Assembly: GCF_016432865.1 (NCBI RefSeq) | Contig: NC_067398.1 | Coordinates: forward strand, 48,608,001 to 48,672,000 | Source of the DNA: Antechinus flavipes | Lineage: Eukaryota | Reading direction: 5' to 3' | DNA length: 64,000 bases | Shown here: piece by piece, positions 1 through 35,981 of the stretch | Layout of the letters: each line of letters starts with the position of its first letter | Position numbering within the stretch: position 1 is the stretch's first letter | Translations under genes and position numbers: made by a program | Notes under the pieces: model-generated | The model's database searches: none | What the model saw: the letters and a program-made list of their open reading frames with translations, nothing else | What the model was told of the DNA's origin: nothing

Positions 1-3000
1 ATCCTCCATCTCTACAGACTATGGCAGCTGGCAGATGGTAACAGGCTGTGGCAGTATTCAGGAGCGGGCAGTCCTGACCACAGACTCCTCTCTCCCTTTC
101 AGCTTCTCGGATGAGCTCCCTAACAGTTGTCTGTAAGTGAATTGATTAGGCTGGGTGCTGCCCTACCTGTATCGGAGCCAGTGTTAAGTATAGAAAAAGC
201 TGATTTATCTGGTGATTCAGATCACTTGAATCTGCTTCCTAGCTAAATGTGTTCTGTTCCCGAATCCTCTTTGGTACCTGCCTGGAAAGTGTTTTGGTGT
301 AATGTTAAATCCCCCTCCCAACTTCTGAAGCCTATCGGCAGCCTTCTCAGTGGGGGTGTTCCCCAAGGGAAATTTCTGTAGGCTACAACTATAGAGAGTT
401 CTATTTCTGTTCAAGCCTTTGCATGATAGAATCTTTTGAAGGAAAGGAATGTGGGAGAGTGAAGGCAAGCATGTGGCTTAGGCCAGACATGAGAGGAAGC
501 TAATTTGGAGCTCGGGCAAGATGTATTTTTCCTGACTTGCAATTAGATTAATTTTACCTCTGAAACCATCTTTGCAGAAGATGGTCCAAGAAACACTAGT
601 TCTGTTATCTAGAACATAGGGCATGTAGTTCAAAGGATCGGATGTTTCAGAACTTACTGTAATTCCTAGATTTCAGGAGAAATGTAGGTAGAATGGAAGA
701 CTGACCACCAGCAATAAAAATAACCTCTTCCTGTTATGCTTTCCCATTGATTGGAAATGTAGTCTACAGCTCTTACCATTGGCCCTTCAACTTGTAGGGA
801 AAATGCTTCTGACATTAAGGCTATGGCTGTTGTCCTAGATTTTTTTCTTAAGCCTGTATCTTCATGCCCTGAGTGCTGAGAAGGGCTCCTATTAGAGATT
901 GTCTTGTTAAGGGAAGCTCAAAAGGGAAGTGTGATCTCTTAGCCAGCCTTTATAGATGCTTCCTAACATCTTCTTTGGCCACTCATCCAGCCACATCCCT
1001 TTGCCCTTCAAAGGAAGGGTTAACTGCTTAACCACTGTGCTCTATGTCAAATTGGATTCCTCCATGAGGAAGACTTGGCCATGACATTTGGAAAAAATAT
1101 CCTTCCCAATATATCTAAAAAAGGAGGGACCAGAGTGCCTCTTGATGGCTGTCATTTAGCCAGAATTGTCTCTTCCTTCTCCCACCCCCCACAACATAAA
1201 TATTCTTGCTTTTTCCTTTTTTTTCCCCTTGAGAGAGAAAGGAGTAGAAAGAGTCAGCTCCCCTGATGTGTGGAGCAGGGTTACTCAGGCTCTGCTGAAT
1301 GGAAATGTCAGCAGAGAAAGAACTATGAGAAGATATGACTGTGGGGAAAATCATGGTCACTTAAGAGTTTGCCCCTTGCCCTAGCTTAGGAGCTCATACT
1401 GACATCCTTTAGAAAGGCTTGAACCGGGTTCTTTTGAGAACCAAAAGGAAGTGGACTATTCTACAGCTGCATGGACATAGAATCGCCCTAGAAGAAAAGT
1501 CAGCCCTTGGAAACTACAAAAGGATGAAAATGACCAATAGCTTCTTTGCATTACTTCTATACCTTTACATTGCATTACATCCATACCTTTAATAAGTGAG
1601 TCCTAAACCCTTGGAAGCTTTTCTTCTGTACTAGAATCTTGCAGCTATCAAACAGAATTCCTGCAATTCAATAGCCTTAGGGGGAGAGATGGGGGAAGTA
1701 ACAGAAGATACTTATATAGCCCGTGAGATCTGGGGCTCTGGACTCTTCTTTAAGAAAAAAAAAAAAAGTCATTATTAATCCACTTAATCTTTCAAAAGTT
1801 TGCCTGGTTTACTCAGAATAGAGCTGTTTCTAAGATCTTCAGAAAGTTATAAAATTTATTTTCCCTATCTCAGTCTCTAAATGGAGGAGAATGCTTAGTA
1901 GTGCTGGACTTCCCTCCCAGGTTTGCCCTCTGTCAGTAGAAAGCCTGTTTTCCCCTTGGGCTCTCTTATCTGATTGGAGAACTAGTTGGCCTTGAACTTT
2001 AAATGGGACTGGACATCTCACTAGGATGTTCAGTGCCTGTGAGACTTCTGTGATGGACATCATATGACTCTTCCTAGTGTTCCTTATCCTGCCCTGTTAA
2101 GAGGCTCCTTATCCCAGTTTCATCATCAACCTGCTGTGTATTTGGACAAAACACCTAAACTTGTCAAACAAGGAACAGTCGTCCCTCTTTGTCGTACAGG
2201 AGGATAAAAATCGTACATATGTGCACCTTGTGAAATTGCCATCTAATTGGGAGTAACCATGTTCTACCTAACACTGTACCAGGTAGCTACCAGACAAGAA
2301 GCAGATGTGTCCTAAGTGCAACTTTGATTATTACAAAGGCAGTTGTATGAGGAAGTTTTAATTCCCAAGTAATTTCAGCTGAAGGGGAAAAGTACCTTTT
2401 ACATTGTCTTAAGACATTTTTCTTCAAGTGTAACCATAAGTACCGAGCCGTAGAGGCTTCTTTTTTCTTCTCTCTTCCTTCCCCACTTGGGTTCTCATAT
2501 CAAACATCTTTTCCTTATGTTTCAGGGATCCTGAAGGGAGACTTGGCATTGGTCTGCCTGCCATCTTGTAGGGTGGGCATTTTCCTAGCTGGAGAGTTCC
2601 ATTTACATATAGCTAGGACACAGCCTGTGATGGCTGATGGTCTTTTCTCTTGAGTATTGTTTGTCAGGGCATAGTATGTGGTTCCTAATTCCCTTATTTC
2701 TTCTTAGAAGGGACTTGAAAAGCTTGGTGGTATTGTGATGAAATTTTCATGTCCCCAGTGAGACAGTGCCCGAGGAAGGAGTTTGCATATCACAAGCTGA
2801 CGTCAAATGAAATTTCCATGCAAAGCTTGCTTGTGATAGAAGTCTGAATTCTGGATGTGATTGTTATCCTCTCGAATTGGGAATGTGACCACAGAAGAAC
2901 TGCTTGCTCCCCCTTCTGAGGGGGGTGTGGGGCCTGACTTGAGGCTGTCACAAGAGGCTAAAGACAAAGAGGGCAGAAACATCTTTTTGGGGAGGGGGAA

Positions 3001-4215
3001 GCTGCCACCATTCCTCTTGACTGTCATTCTCCTCGACCTCTGTACCAGCAGACTTGTGACCGGCACTTAATCCGTCAGCTGCACAGTACAGTGGTCTTGT
3101 GAAAAGGCAGCCTCCAGATTGCTGCTGCCTGAGCTGATCCCACTCCTGAGTAGCTGAGGCTGGTCTGTTTTTCCTTTTCCAGCAACAAAATGTAAGGACA
3201 GAAACAGGGCAGTCTGCCTTATGGCTGCCCTGTAAGGCAGGGACCAAAGTGAAGCACAGGCTCTTGGAAAGGAGAGCACTGGATGATAGGGCAGTGCATG
3301 AGCCTTAAACAGGGGGCTCCTGAGACTCTCCTCTTCCCTTATTCCCCAAACAACTAACTAGTGGTAAATAATCTACATCATCTGAGCTAGAACTGACTTG
3401 GAACCTTGAATTGGAACACAGGGTGCTCACAGCTCAGCCTTAAATTCTCTGTATCTAGAGGACAGCTGACAGAAGCTGCCTTAGCCTGCTGGGAAACCCG
3501 CCTTTGGGGAAGGCTGAGTGAGGATCCACAGCCCCTTCAGTCTCTGCTCCAGGATAGGGGACAGCCCAACAAACTCCAAAGGGGTTACCCCAGAGCCTCT
3601 GGACCCATGTTTGGGGGTGGAAAGTTCTCCTATTGCTCTGCATCCTATGTCCTGGGAGTTTCTGACACTTTAATGTTTGTTGTATTGCTTATTCACCATG
3701 AGGTAAGAAGTAATTCTGGCCCAGGGTCATCCTGCTCAAGGAAGTTGGAAGAGGATTGTGGCATTGTCCATTCGTCTCTAGTGCAGATCTGGGATGATTT
3801 TGAGATACTTGTAGCAAAGGTTTTTTTTTTTTTTTCTTCCCCTTCAAGATACAGTGGGAGCCACCTAAAGTAGCTCATGTCCCCATGTCTGTCTGGGTAG
3901 TGGGAGTGGCACCGAGATGGATACAAATGCTTGGACAAGGGGTACTGGGAAGAAACATTTTTCCCAATAGTGTGGCCCCTGAGTGACAGCCCAGCATAAT
4001 TGTATTCTTCTTTGCAATTCTTCCCCTGGCCCAGGTTTACTGCACCAACTGAACGGGAATCCAGGTTGGAAGAAGTCCGCTCCACCTTCCTGGCTACCTA
4101 CAGCAGCACAGTGGGACTCAAGTCAGTGACGCCCAGCCCCTCGGGGGCCATTGGGGGCCTTCTGGAGCAGTTTGCACGGGGTGTGGGACTTCGAGTATCC
4201 AGCAGCACTCTGTGA
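1..4215 (+). CDS. MTMR14: Myotubularin-related protein 14, last two coding exons (partial): 1-132 (exon begins before the window) and 4035-4215
   Basis: Exon 1-132 reads SSISTDYGSWQMVTGCGSIQERAVLTTDSSLPFSFSDELPNSC, with a GTAAGT donor at 133. A CCAG acceptor precedes 4035, giving L-FTAPTERESRLEEVRSTFLATYSSTVGLKSVTPSPSGAIGGLLEQFARGVGLRVSSSTL-stop. This matches the recalled MTMR14 C-terminus and the splice phase is consistent. Confidence 0.95.
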
Positions 4216-4646
4216 ACCATTGCGGGCTCAGACAATCGCCTGTCCTGCCCCCTCCCCAGTTGAGCCACTGGAGGAATCAAAAGCCATGAGAGCCCTGAAG
4301 CCGAGGGTTTCCCCCCAGATCCTCAAGGAGCCTCTTGCCACCACTTGGCAGCCCAAGGGAATGTGCCCCAGCTGTGAGCTGAATCTGCAAAACTAAACTT
4401 CTGTTGCCCATCACCCTCCATCCCTGTTTTTGGTCTTCTTTGGCCTGGTCTACAAAACCTTCCTCCCCTTCCCACACAGCCCTCCAAGTTCTGGCCAGCC
4501 CCTGCCTGGCTGGTTCTTTCACAGCTGGAAGCAGCAGTGCTCTGGCAACCAAGGGGAGGCAGCATTTCTGGGAGGAATCCCTTGGTTTTTATTGCTGGGG
4601 GGAGGGGGGAGCTCACCTGCACTGAGGAGAAACCAATTGTGACACA

Positions 4647-4652
4647 AATAAA
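4647..4652 (+). terminator. Poly(A) signal of MTMR14
   Basis: AATAAA about 430 nt after the stop codon, followed by U-rich sequence. Confidence 0.7.
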
Positions 4653-5800
4653 AATGTTGGACTCACTCTACTCACAGGGTTTCCCCTCCCCTTCCTGCCC
4701 GGTTTTGTCCTTCATTCTACTTGCATTCTAGCTTAGCCACAAGCTGGCTTGGAGTTCTTTGCACCTACCCCTTCCAACAGCCTCTGCCTCAGTCTCCAGT
4801 TTGTTTGAAACCACCTCTGGTCCCCTCTCTTCCAATGGGGACATTACATCCAACTTCCCTGGCCTCTCCTTGGCCCAAGTGACCTAGGGAGCCTGTACTG
4901 GGGGCGAGGCAGGCCTGGGCTCCAAGACCACGATGTCAACTCAAAATCAGTCCTCCCAAAAAGGGAGGGTCGGGCTCAGTGCCTGCCTTTGGGAACTGAG
5001 GGGTGATAGATGCCAGCCTAGGAAGGCGGCCTGGCGGGGGCCTAAGGCTCAGGAACCACCGGCAGCCAATTACAACTGGGCAAGCCCCCGGGGCCGGAGG
5101 GAGAGTTCCCCCTGGAGGGGGTTGGGAGGAACTTCCTAAAGCCCCTTCTGGTTCTGACAGTCGAGGAGTCCCGTTCCCCCACCCACCCAGAGCTGCACAA
5201 ATCCAAAGGACAACCCCCCACTTGCTCCCGGGTGAGCGGCTGCACATCTAGCACCAGAGGGGGGGGTGGGGGGGCGGCGCGGCTGAATATTAAGTTGCCT
5301 CCCGAAGCCTAGCAATCCCCCCGACGAAGTCCGAGGTAGCAAGTGTCGGGGAGCCCACTGACCTCCGCCAGGGCTTGGGCTGCTAGCTGGGGCGAGGGCC
5401 GTGCTAGAAAATTGATGAAAGTTCTGGTCCGCGCTCCCTGCGGGAGAGGGTACTCCCGGCCCCTTCCGGGGCGCCGCTGCGCGCGTCCCCGTCGGGGGGC
5501 TGTATTCCAGCAGGTCTCCGGGCCGCCTGGCGCGGGGCCGGGCGGGGCCTGTACTGCCATCTGGAGACCGCAGTGGCTTCCACAGGCACAGTCTGGGCGC
5601 GGGAGCGGGCGCAGCGGCAGCGCGGGCGTGAGCGCACGCCGGGGCTGGTTGGAGTGAGCGCCGGGGTGGCCGCCTCCGCGCTCCCCCTGCACATGGCTCT
5701 GGCCCTGAGGACCTTCTAGCCCCCCGAGACTGGCCCTCGGCGGGAGTCGCTCAGAACCCACAGGAGCTGGCTGGCCACCTCCTTCCTCCGGCTCCGAGCC

Positions 5801-14713
<8,913 letters not shown>

Positions 14714-14984
14714 GGGGCTGGCCTGGCCGCCCTATGGCTTCCCGCCGCGTAGTCACCAAGAAGGCTGGTTTGAGCTGGGCTGGGCCCGGCTCCAGATCCC
14801 AGAGCTGAAAGTGAAAGGGGCAGCCCTATATCAAGCTGTCCTCAGAGAAGCCTGCCTTCGGTGGGCTGACCAAGAAAGGCATGCCATCCCCTCCCCCATC
14901 CCCAACTTGTAACAAGCAGGAAGGGTCCGTGCCCTCCACTGGACTCCTCCATCAGTCCAGCTTCCACCAAGTCCTCATGCCGAC

Positions 14985-14990
14985 AATAAA
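14985..14990 (+). terminator. Poly(A) signal of CPNE9
   Basis: AATAAA about 270 nt after the stop codon. Confidence 0.75.
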
Positions 14991-15849
14991 GCTGAGCTTT
15001 ACCCTCACACCGGTCTCACGAGCTTAGTGGGCAGGGGAAGGGTCCGGGAAGACTGAGCACTTGAGTGTTGCAGCAGCAGATATTGCCTGAATTATCAGAT
15101 GGCAAGCTGGGAAGGAGAGGCCTCAAGTTTCTTTGGGAAGTGGGAGCTAAGGAAGGATAAGGATTAGAATAAAAAAATCACAGACCTCATTTTGAAAAAT
15201 CATAAAACCCCCAGATTCCCTAAGGGAGAATTGTCAGTTATTTCTCTCTATCTGAAATGTGAAGTAGGATGTTTTCTCTTCCAGCAAGCTGCAAATTGGT
15301 GCCCAAGTCTGGCCCCCATTAGCTCCGAAAAACTCAGAGATCACTTCTGCCCCACCATCTTCTCCATCCCATTCCTCTTGCCTTATAAGGCTTAGCCACC
15401 CAAAAGTAGGAACCCACTTTTAGGTTCTAAGAAATGAATTGGTCTATCCTCTATGTATTCGATGTGCGGATTGGAGACAGGACAGAGAGGAATAATAAGG
15501 TAGAAATGGGAATAGAAGAAGGGGCTGGGGATGTTCCTAACCACAACCCAAACAGAACCAGCAATCAGAAGGAGCAAGTTGGGTAAATGGGGCCATTTAA
15601 TAGCACAGGTCACTTCTGATATGTACTGATCCCTGCTTCCTCTCCCATTACACACACTTACACACATTTCATTAAGTTCAAATGAACTTTCTGGCAGTTG
15701 AGATGGGAAAATAAGGGTAAACTAAGAGGAAGGAATGAACATATAACCTATGGGCTGACCCCAGGGGCCAGGTTCCCAAGCACAGCAAAACTAGAGGCAA
15801 TAGCTCCAACCACAAGACCTAGGGGACTCCCCCTGCCCAACTTCTTTTC

Positions 15850-16500
15850 CTACTCAGTAATAAGCAAAGCCTGTACTATAAGGAGGTATACAGCCCAAAT
15901 GAATAGTCCCTGCCCTCAAGAAGCTCCCATTCTTCTGGGGACATGCATGCAGACTGATATATAAACATAAAGGCATGAGGAGAAAAAGAACAGGAAGAAA
16001 GCCATTCCAGGACATGAAGGAGAGCCTGTGTCAGTCAGGGACAAGAGAGGAATGCAGATTTCTGGGTGCTGAATGCATAAAGTGAAATGGGAAAAGTCTG
16101 GAAGGTTAGGAGGGAGCCATGTTGTGAAGCTCTAAATGTTGAACAAAAGCAGGGAAGGGACATGGTCAGAACTACGCTTTAGGAAAATTACTGTGGAGGA
16201 AATATGGAGGATGAACTGGAGGAAGAAAGAGCTTGGAAATAAGGAGACCAATGGAGAGGTGATTAGAATAGTCCATGCAGGTGGTGAGAAAGGCTTGAAC
16301 TAAAGTGATGATTCAAGGAGTCAAAAGAAGGGTTTAAAAGGGGATGGACACTGTGGAGATAAAACTGACAGTGTGGGCAGTTGATTAGATACAGGGTGTA
16401 GGGGACAATGAAATAGAGAAGCTGGGATAGAAATAATTAAGTATAGAGAAGGGAAAGGGTCAAAAGGGAATATTCAATTCAGTTCTGAACATAGTGAGAG
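15850..16500 (-). mobile_element. Degenerate L2 LINE fragment
   Basis: Purine-rich antisense L2-like text (ggagaccaatggagaggtgattagaatagtccatgcaggtggtg). Confidence 0.55.
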
Positions 16501-16519
16501 ACCTTCCTGAAGTATAATG

Positions 16520-16735
16520 ATAACAATAATGATGATAATTATAACTAGCATTCATATAGCGCTTTATGGTTTGCAAAGCTCTTTACACATATATCTCATT
16601 TAATACAACAACCCTGTGAAGTAGATGCTATTTTTAGCTCTGTTTTACAAAGAAGGAAACTGAAGCAGACCAAGGGTAAATGACTTGACCAGAGTTATAC
16701 AGCTAGTAAGTGGCTACAGCAGAATCTAAACTCCT
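16520..16735 (-). mobile_element. MIR/Mar1-type core SINE with an ATA-rich tail
   Basis: gcattcatatagcgcttt...gaaactgaagc...tgacttgaccagagttatacagctagtaag. Confidence 0.75.
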
Positions 16736-17159
16736 TTCCTTCAGAATCCCAGTCTATAATTTTATCCATAAGCCACCTAGCAGGCCTGCCCAAATCACTC
16801 ACCTATTCAGCAAAATTCAGCAACTTCTATTATACTTCTTCCCTCCAGAATCAAATATCAAGTACTTTGTTAGGTCTTCAAAGCCCTTCCTACCTTTCTA
16901 GTTGTCTGACTCCCCTTCACTGATGATCCAGGTACCAGGGCCTCCCACATCTGGGCCTTGGGATTGCCTGGTCTTCACATGTCTGGAAGCCTCTCCCTCC
17001 TACCTCTGCCTCTAATTTTCCATGGCTTCTTTTGAGACAGCTAAAATCCCACCTTCTACAGGAGAATTCACAGCTCCTCATCAGTCAGTGCCCTCTTCCT
17101 TCAGATTATCTATCATATATTCTGTATACATCTTGTTAAGTACATGGTTACTTACAGAT

Positions 17160-17520
17160 TATCTCTCTCATCAGCCCCATGTCCCTTAGACTATAAGGTC
17201 CTCAAGGACAAGAAGTTTTGTCTTGTTTTTGCCTCTTTTTTTTTTAATCTCAAAGGCTTAGCACAGTATTTGGCATACAGTAAATGCTTAATATCTATTG
17301 CAAGTAATAATAATAATAGTTCTCATTTAAATAGCACTTTAGGGTCTGCAAAATACTTTACACACATCTCATTTCAATGTCTCTGAGAGGTAAGTAGTTG
17401 ATGCTCTTATTATCCCTATTTTATAAATATGGAAACTGAGGCAGGCAACTAGTGAATATCTCGGGCCATGCTTCACCTCCAATCTTTCTGACATCAATCC
17501 CAAGTGCTCTACTTGCTGAA
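17160..17520. mobile_element. L2 3' tail followed by a MIR SINE
   Basis: gcacagtatttggcatacagtaaatgcttaata (L2 tail) and tattatccctatttt...ggaaactgaggc (MIR core). Confidence 0.7.
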
Positions 17521-18359
17521 TAATCTAATTCAGTGTGGACTGCTGCCTACCACAAATCCAGATGGAGCTGTCCAGCAGGCAATTAAAGAAACCCCATTCA
17601 TTTGGTAAAACCCAGTGTTCAGCTTTCTGACTGAGTAAAAAACAAAAACAAAAACAAAAATTTAAGAAAAAAAAACCACCACTTTTTTGTTCTTAATGTT
17701 GTAAATTCAAACAAGCAAGTTCAATGAGCAAAATTCAGAGAGATCCATTATCATGAGTCTGATCTCCTGATAATAACTTCTTCAGCTGTAGCAATAAAAA
17801 AAGATTTTCTATTAAGTTCTGAGAGGGGACTGCAATCTTCCCACTGTCTCCAATCTTGAATCTCTCTCTGAAGCAGTGAAGTATTGTCCTTGAGACTGTA
17901 TCACGTACTTCAGCTACTATAATCTGTCTTCATAACTCGATATCTCCCTCCCTCCAATCAAAACAGTGGCTGCCCTTAGAAAAGCCTTTTCAAACATCCC
18001 CCCAAACCAAATAGTGTTCCTGGGCCACTGCTGGACCTCACAGCCTGTGTTGTGTAGCCAGCAGCACTGAAGTCTCAATTTCCTAGAGTCTCCCTCCTCC
18101 AAGAACCACTCATCTCTGGCATCCCAAATCCAACTTCTCCCATCCTACTTGCCCTTCCTTAATCAAAGGCAATTTATTTAGGAAATCTATTCCAGTTAGT
18201 GCAGTTCATTTTGCCCTGTTGCTAAAGTTTGAGCTCCCCAAAATCTTTCCAATCTCAGTTTCTAACCATTTTTCTACACTAATTCCCATTTCATTCAAAA
18301 TCCTATCCCCAGGTCTCCTGTTCTCATCCACTCCCCTTCTTCCTTCCTCCCTCTCTCAG

Positions 18360-18500
18360 CCAGTCAACAAGCTTTTATTAAGCACCTACTATGTGCCAGG
18401 AACCGTAGTAAGTGCTGGGGAGTCATAGAAGTCCAAGTGTCTGCTCTCATGGAACTTGGAGTCTAATGGGGAGTTAGACTTGCAAACAGTTATGTACAAA
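18360..18500 (-). mobile_element. L2 3' tail
   Basis: ttattaagcacctactatgtgccagg. Confidence 0.65.
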
Positions 18501-19581
18501 AACAAGGTGTAGATCGGATAAACGAGTTAATTTGTATTCCTCTTTCAGGTTTGCAAAGCATTTTAAGACTTCCAAACAACTCTGCGAGATGATTATATGA
18601 CAAGGCCCTCCATCTTGAGCCTCCACTCTCCCTTCCTGCTCAAAGCCTGCCCTGAGTTAAGACACTGTGGCACTAAAGGCCTTCCATCACCCAGGGGCTT
18701 TCTCCCTTCCCCTCCCCCTGGGGGCCCAGGGAACAGAGGGCTGTAGAAGGAAGACCTGAATTCAAGTCCTACCAGCAGTGAGTCACTCCTCTCCTGACCT
18801 CAGTTTCCTCCTCTGTAAAAGGAAGAGGCTGGACACTAGGATCCCTTCCAACTCTACAGCCGTTATGCCCCTCACCAAGCCGGGTTACCTTCTCGTGCCT
18901 CAGTTTCCTCCTCTGTAACCTCAATGGCTTTGAAGACCTCTGGCAGGTCTAGAGCCGAGGCCCCAGGGTCCTCATCCGCTTATCAAGGGCCAGGCACGCG
19001 TGGGCATCCGCGATGAGAAGCGACATAGGGCGGCCGGAGGTGGCTGAGGAGGGATTCGATCCCTAGTCGCCACAGCAGCCTCGAGCTCGGAGGTCAGCAC
19101 GCTGTCCCTGTTCCACGCGGGCGGGCAGGCCTCCGCGCGAGTCCTGGCTCGGGTCCGCCCCTTCGCCCAAGCCCCGCCCCTCTTCTCGGCGCTCCCTCCG
19201 GGCTCCCGGCCCCGCCCGGCCCGGGGGGAGGGCTCCGGCGCTCGGCCCTAGCTCGGCCCAGCGGGGAGGGCGGGCAGGCAGGCGGGCTGGGACGGAGGGA
19301 GGGGGGGGGGTGGTTCTCCGGGCTCGCGCTCCTCATTCGCTTCGGCAGATTCGCAGCAAACGGCCCGAGGCCTCTACCCCACCCCCTCCCCCGTCCCGGC
19401 GGAGCGACCCCATCTCCGCCCCCCGCCCCACCCCCACGGCGGCGCTGGAAGCGGGCTGCGGCGGCGGCTCCAGCGGGCTCTGGCCTGGCCCCACGTGGGG
19501 CGGACTGGGGGTGTCTAAGGAGCCGTGTCGAAAGTGCGACTCGGCGCGGCCGCGGCCTCGCATTTACCCTGCGCTGCTCCT

Positions 19582-19650
19582 GCCGCCGCCGCCGCCGCTA
19601 CCGCCGCCGCCGCCGCCGCCACCACCACCACCACCACCGCCGCCGCTGCC
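19582..19650 (+). repeat. Compound trinucleotide repeat (GCC)5 GCT ACC (GCC)6 (ACC)6 (GCC)2 GCT GCC
   Basis: 23 in-register triplets read directly from the sequence. Confidence 0.95.
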
Positions 19651-19975
19651 CCAAGCCGCCGCCGCCGGCGTCGCCGCCACCCCCCCCTCCCCGCCTCCTC
19701 CTCCGCGCCCTTCTCTACCCCAGTCCTTCCTTCCCTTCCCCCCCCCTCTGTTCCGCGCCCTCCCTCCCCCTCCCAGGAGCCTCTATTGTTCCGCCGGCGG
19801 CGGCGCGGCCCGAGCCCAGCCCGGCCCGCCCGGGAGGCAGTGAGCAGCCTCAGGACGAGCGGGGCCAGGGCGGCCGGACGCCCGGCCGGGCTCGGTGGAG
19901 GCTGCTGCGCGCCCCCGGCAGCCTGCCCGGTCCTGCTGCCTTCCCCGGCCCGGGTGCCCCGCCCGGACGCCGGCT

Positions 19976-34641
<14,666 letters not shown>

Positions 34642-35087
34642 ATCTGCTTGGCCACGCCGGGGGCACCCGTCAGCCTCTGCACTGACTCATTCCTGGTCTT
34701 GGGGCCAGTCTCAGGGGAAGCTGGGCGGGGGTGGTCCCGCTCCAAGTGCAGCTGGACTGTACCGGACACTCCAGGGGGCCGCGGCGGCCTGGGCCACGGA
34801 GACGTCCTGAAGTCCGAAGGAGGCGTCCTCTCCTCAACCTACCCCCGTTCCCCCCAGTGTCCGCTGTCTGAGCGAGAGAGGTCCTTGGCTGGACTCTGAC
34901 CCCGCCGTCACCCAGCCCACCTCGGTTTGCTGGCTCGGGAACCCCTTGGCCCAGGAGGCCTCGAGGCATCTGCGGGTGCGGGTGCGGGTTTGGGCGGGCC
35001 CTGCCGCGGGCAGCACGCCCATGTCTGTCTGTCTCTCCCGCCCTGAAAGGGGGGTCCCCGGAGGGTGCCTGATGACCCTTCTGCTAC

Positions 35088-35104
35088 TGTACATACTGTA
35101 AATT
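35088..35104 (+). promoter_or_regulatory. Pumilio response element(s) in the BRPF1 3' UTR
   Basis: TGTACATA (perfect UGUAHAUA) at 35088-35095 and TGTAAATT (7/8 match) at 35097-35104. Confidence 0.5.
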
Positions 35105-35282
35105 AGCGGAGAATTTAAATTATTCTCATTTGTAACTGCGTTCCGGGTCGCGCCAGAATCCTTTGGCACTAAAAAGCCTGGGGCTTGTCCCCGGGTCCCC
35201 CTCCCCGCCTCTCCCACGGGTCCCTGTCCTGCAAATTGGTTTGTATTTATTTCGGAGGAAGAAAATATATTGATTCTTAGAA

Positions 35283-35288
35283 AATAAA
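35283..35288 (+). terminator. Poly(A) signal of BRPF1
   Basis: AATAAA about 640 nt after the stop codon, in an AU-rich context. Confidence 0.8.
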
Positions 35289-35429
35289 CGGTCTATTTGG
35301 AATTCCACTTCCTGCCAAGGGGGAGGGAACAGATGGGATGGGAGGGGAGGATGGAGAAATAGTACTCGCTACGGAGATGCAGCAGGCGGCCCAGTGGCAG
35401 CCAGAGGCCGTGGGAAGAAGGGGGAGGGG

Positions 35430-35981
35430 CTCCGATTAGAACCCGCCGCCCGCGAGACTACCGCCTAGCTTCCCTAGCCCCTCCTTGGAGCTCTCCCGCT
35501 ACCTCCGCTCTGGATAGGCTGATGTCTCCTGAGCGGGCGGGGATTTTAAGGATCCTGCTTCCGGTTGCGAGTGTCTCGGATTGCAAAAGTATCGCGTGAG
35601 CTGAACGCCTCGCGCGCTTTTAAGGCGACTTCCGACTCTGCGCAGCAGATCGCAACGCTAAAGTGTAAAAGACTAGTCTGGAGAGGGAAGTGGCCTAGAG
35701 AGGCGGGGCCTGCTTGATGCTGGGAAATGGTGCGAAGCTTTGATGGGAAACAAAGTCCGCCTAGCTTGAGCGGGAAAAAATAAACGCTATCCCGAGAACC
35801 ATGGGCGGGGTTTGGGGGTGAGAAGAATCCAGAATAGGCGGGACTTCTCCCAGTGATATCCAGAGTGGATGGAGCGCTGAGGAGAGGCGGGGCTAAGTTG
35901 GTTAAGACTCGCGCGGAGGAGGTCCTTAAAGGGCTGGTGCCCGGTCCCCCCTCCGGCTGGTTTGGGGCGGAGGGCGGGGGC
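35430..35981 (+). promoter_or_regulatory. CpG-island promoter / 5' UTR of OGG1
   Basis: CpG-rich, with ETS-like CTTCCGG and GC boxes, immediately upstream of ATG 35982. Confidence 0.75.

Noticed and set aside
2803-3070. Overlapping ORFs of 87 aa (-) and 69 aa (+) in the MTMR14 last intron
   Set aside because: No recognisable homology, and no convincing splice sites linking them to MTMR14
4933-5761. Multiple 70-150 aa ORFs upstream of CPNE9
   Set aside because: Stop-poor, GC-rich CpG island; low-complexity Arg/Gly/Pro translations in all frames
18790-18925. Direct repeat cctcagtttcctcctctgtaa occurring twice
   Set aside because: MIR core fragments, ubiquitous in this window
19041-19063. A-box- and B-box-like words (TGGCTGAGGAGG, GATTCGATCCC)
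   Set aside because: Adjacent with no spacer, and no cloverleaf; not a tRNA
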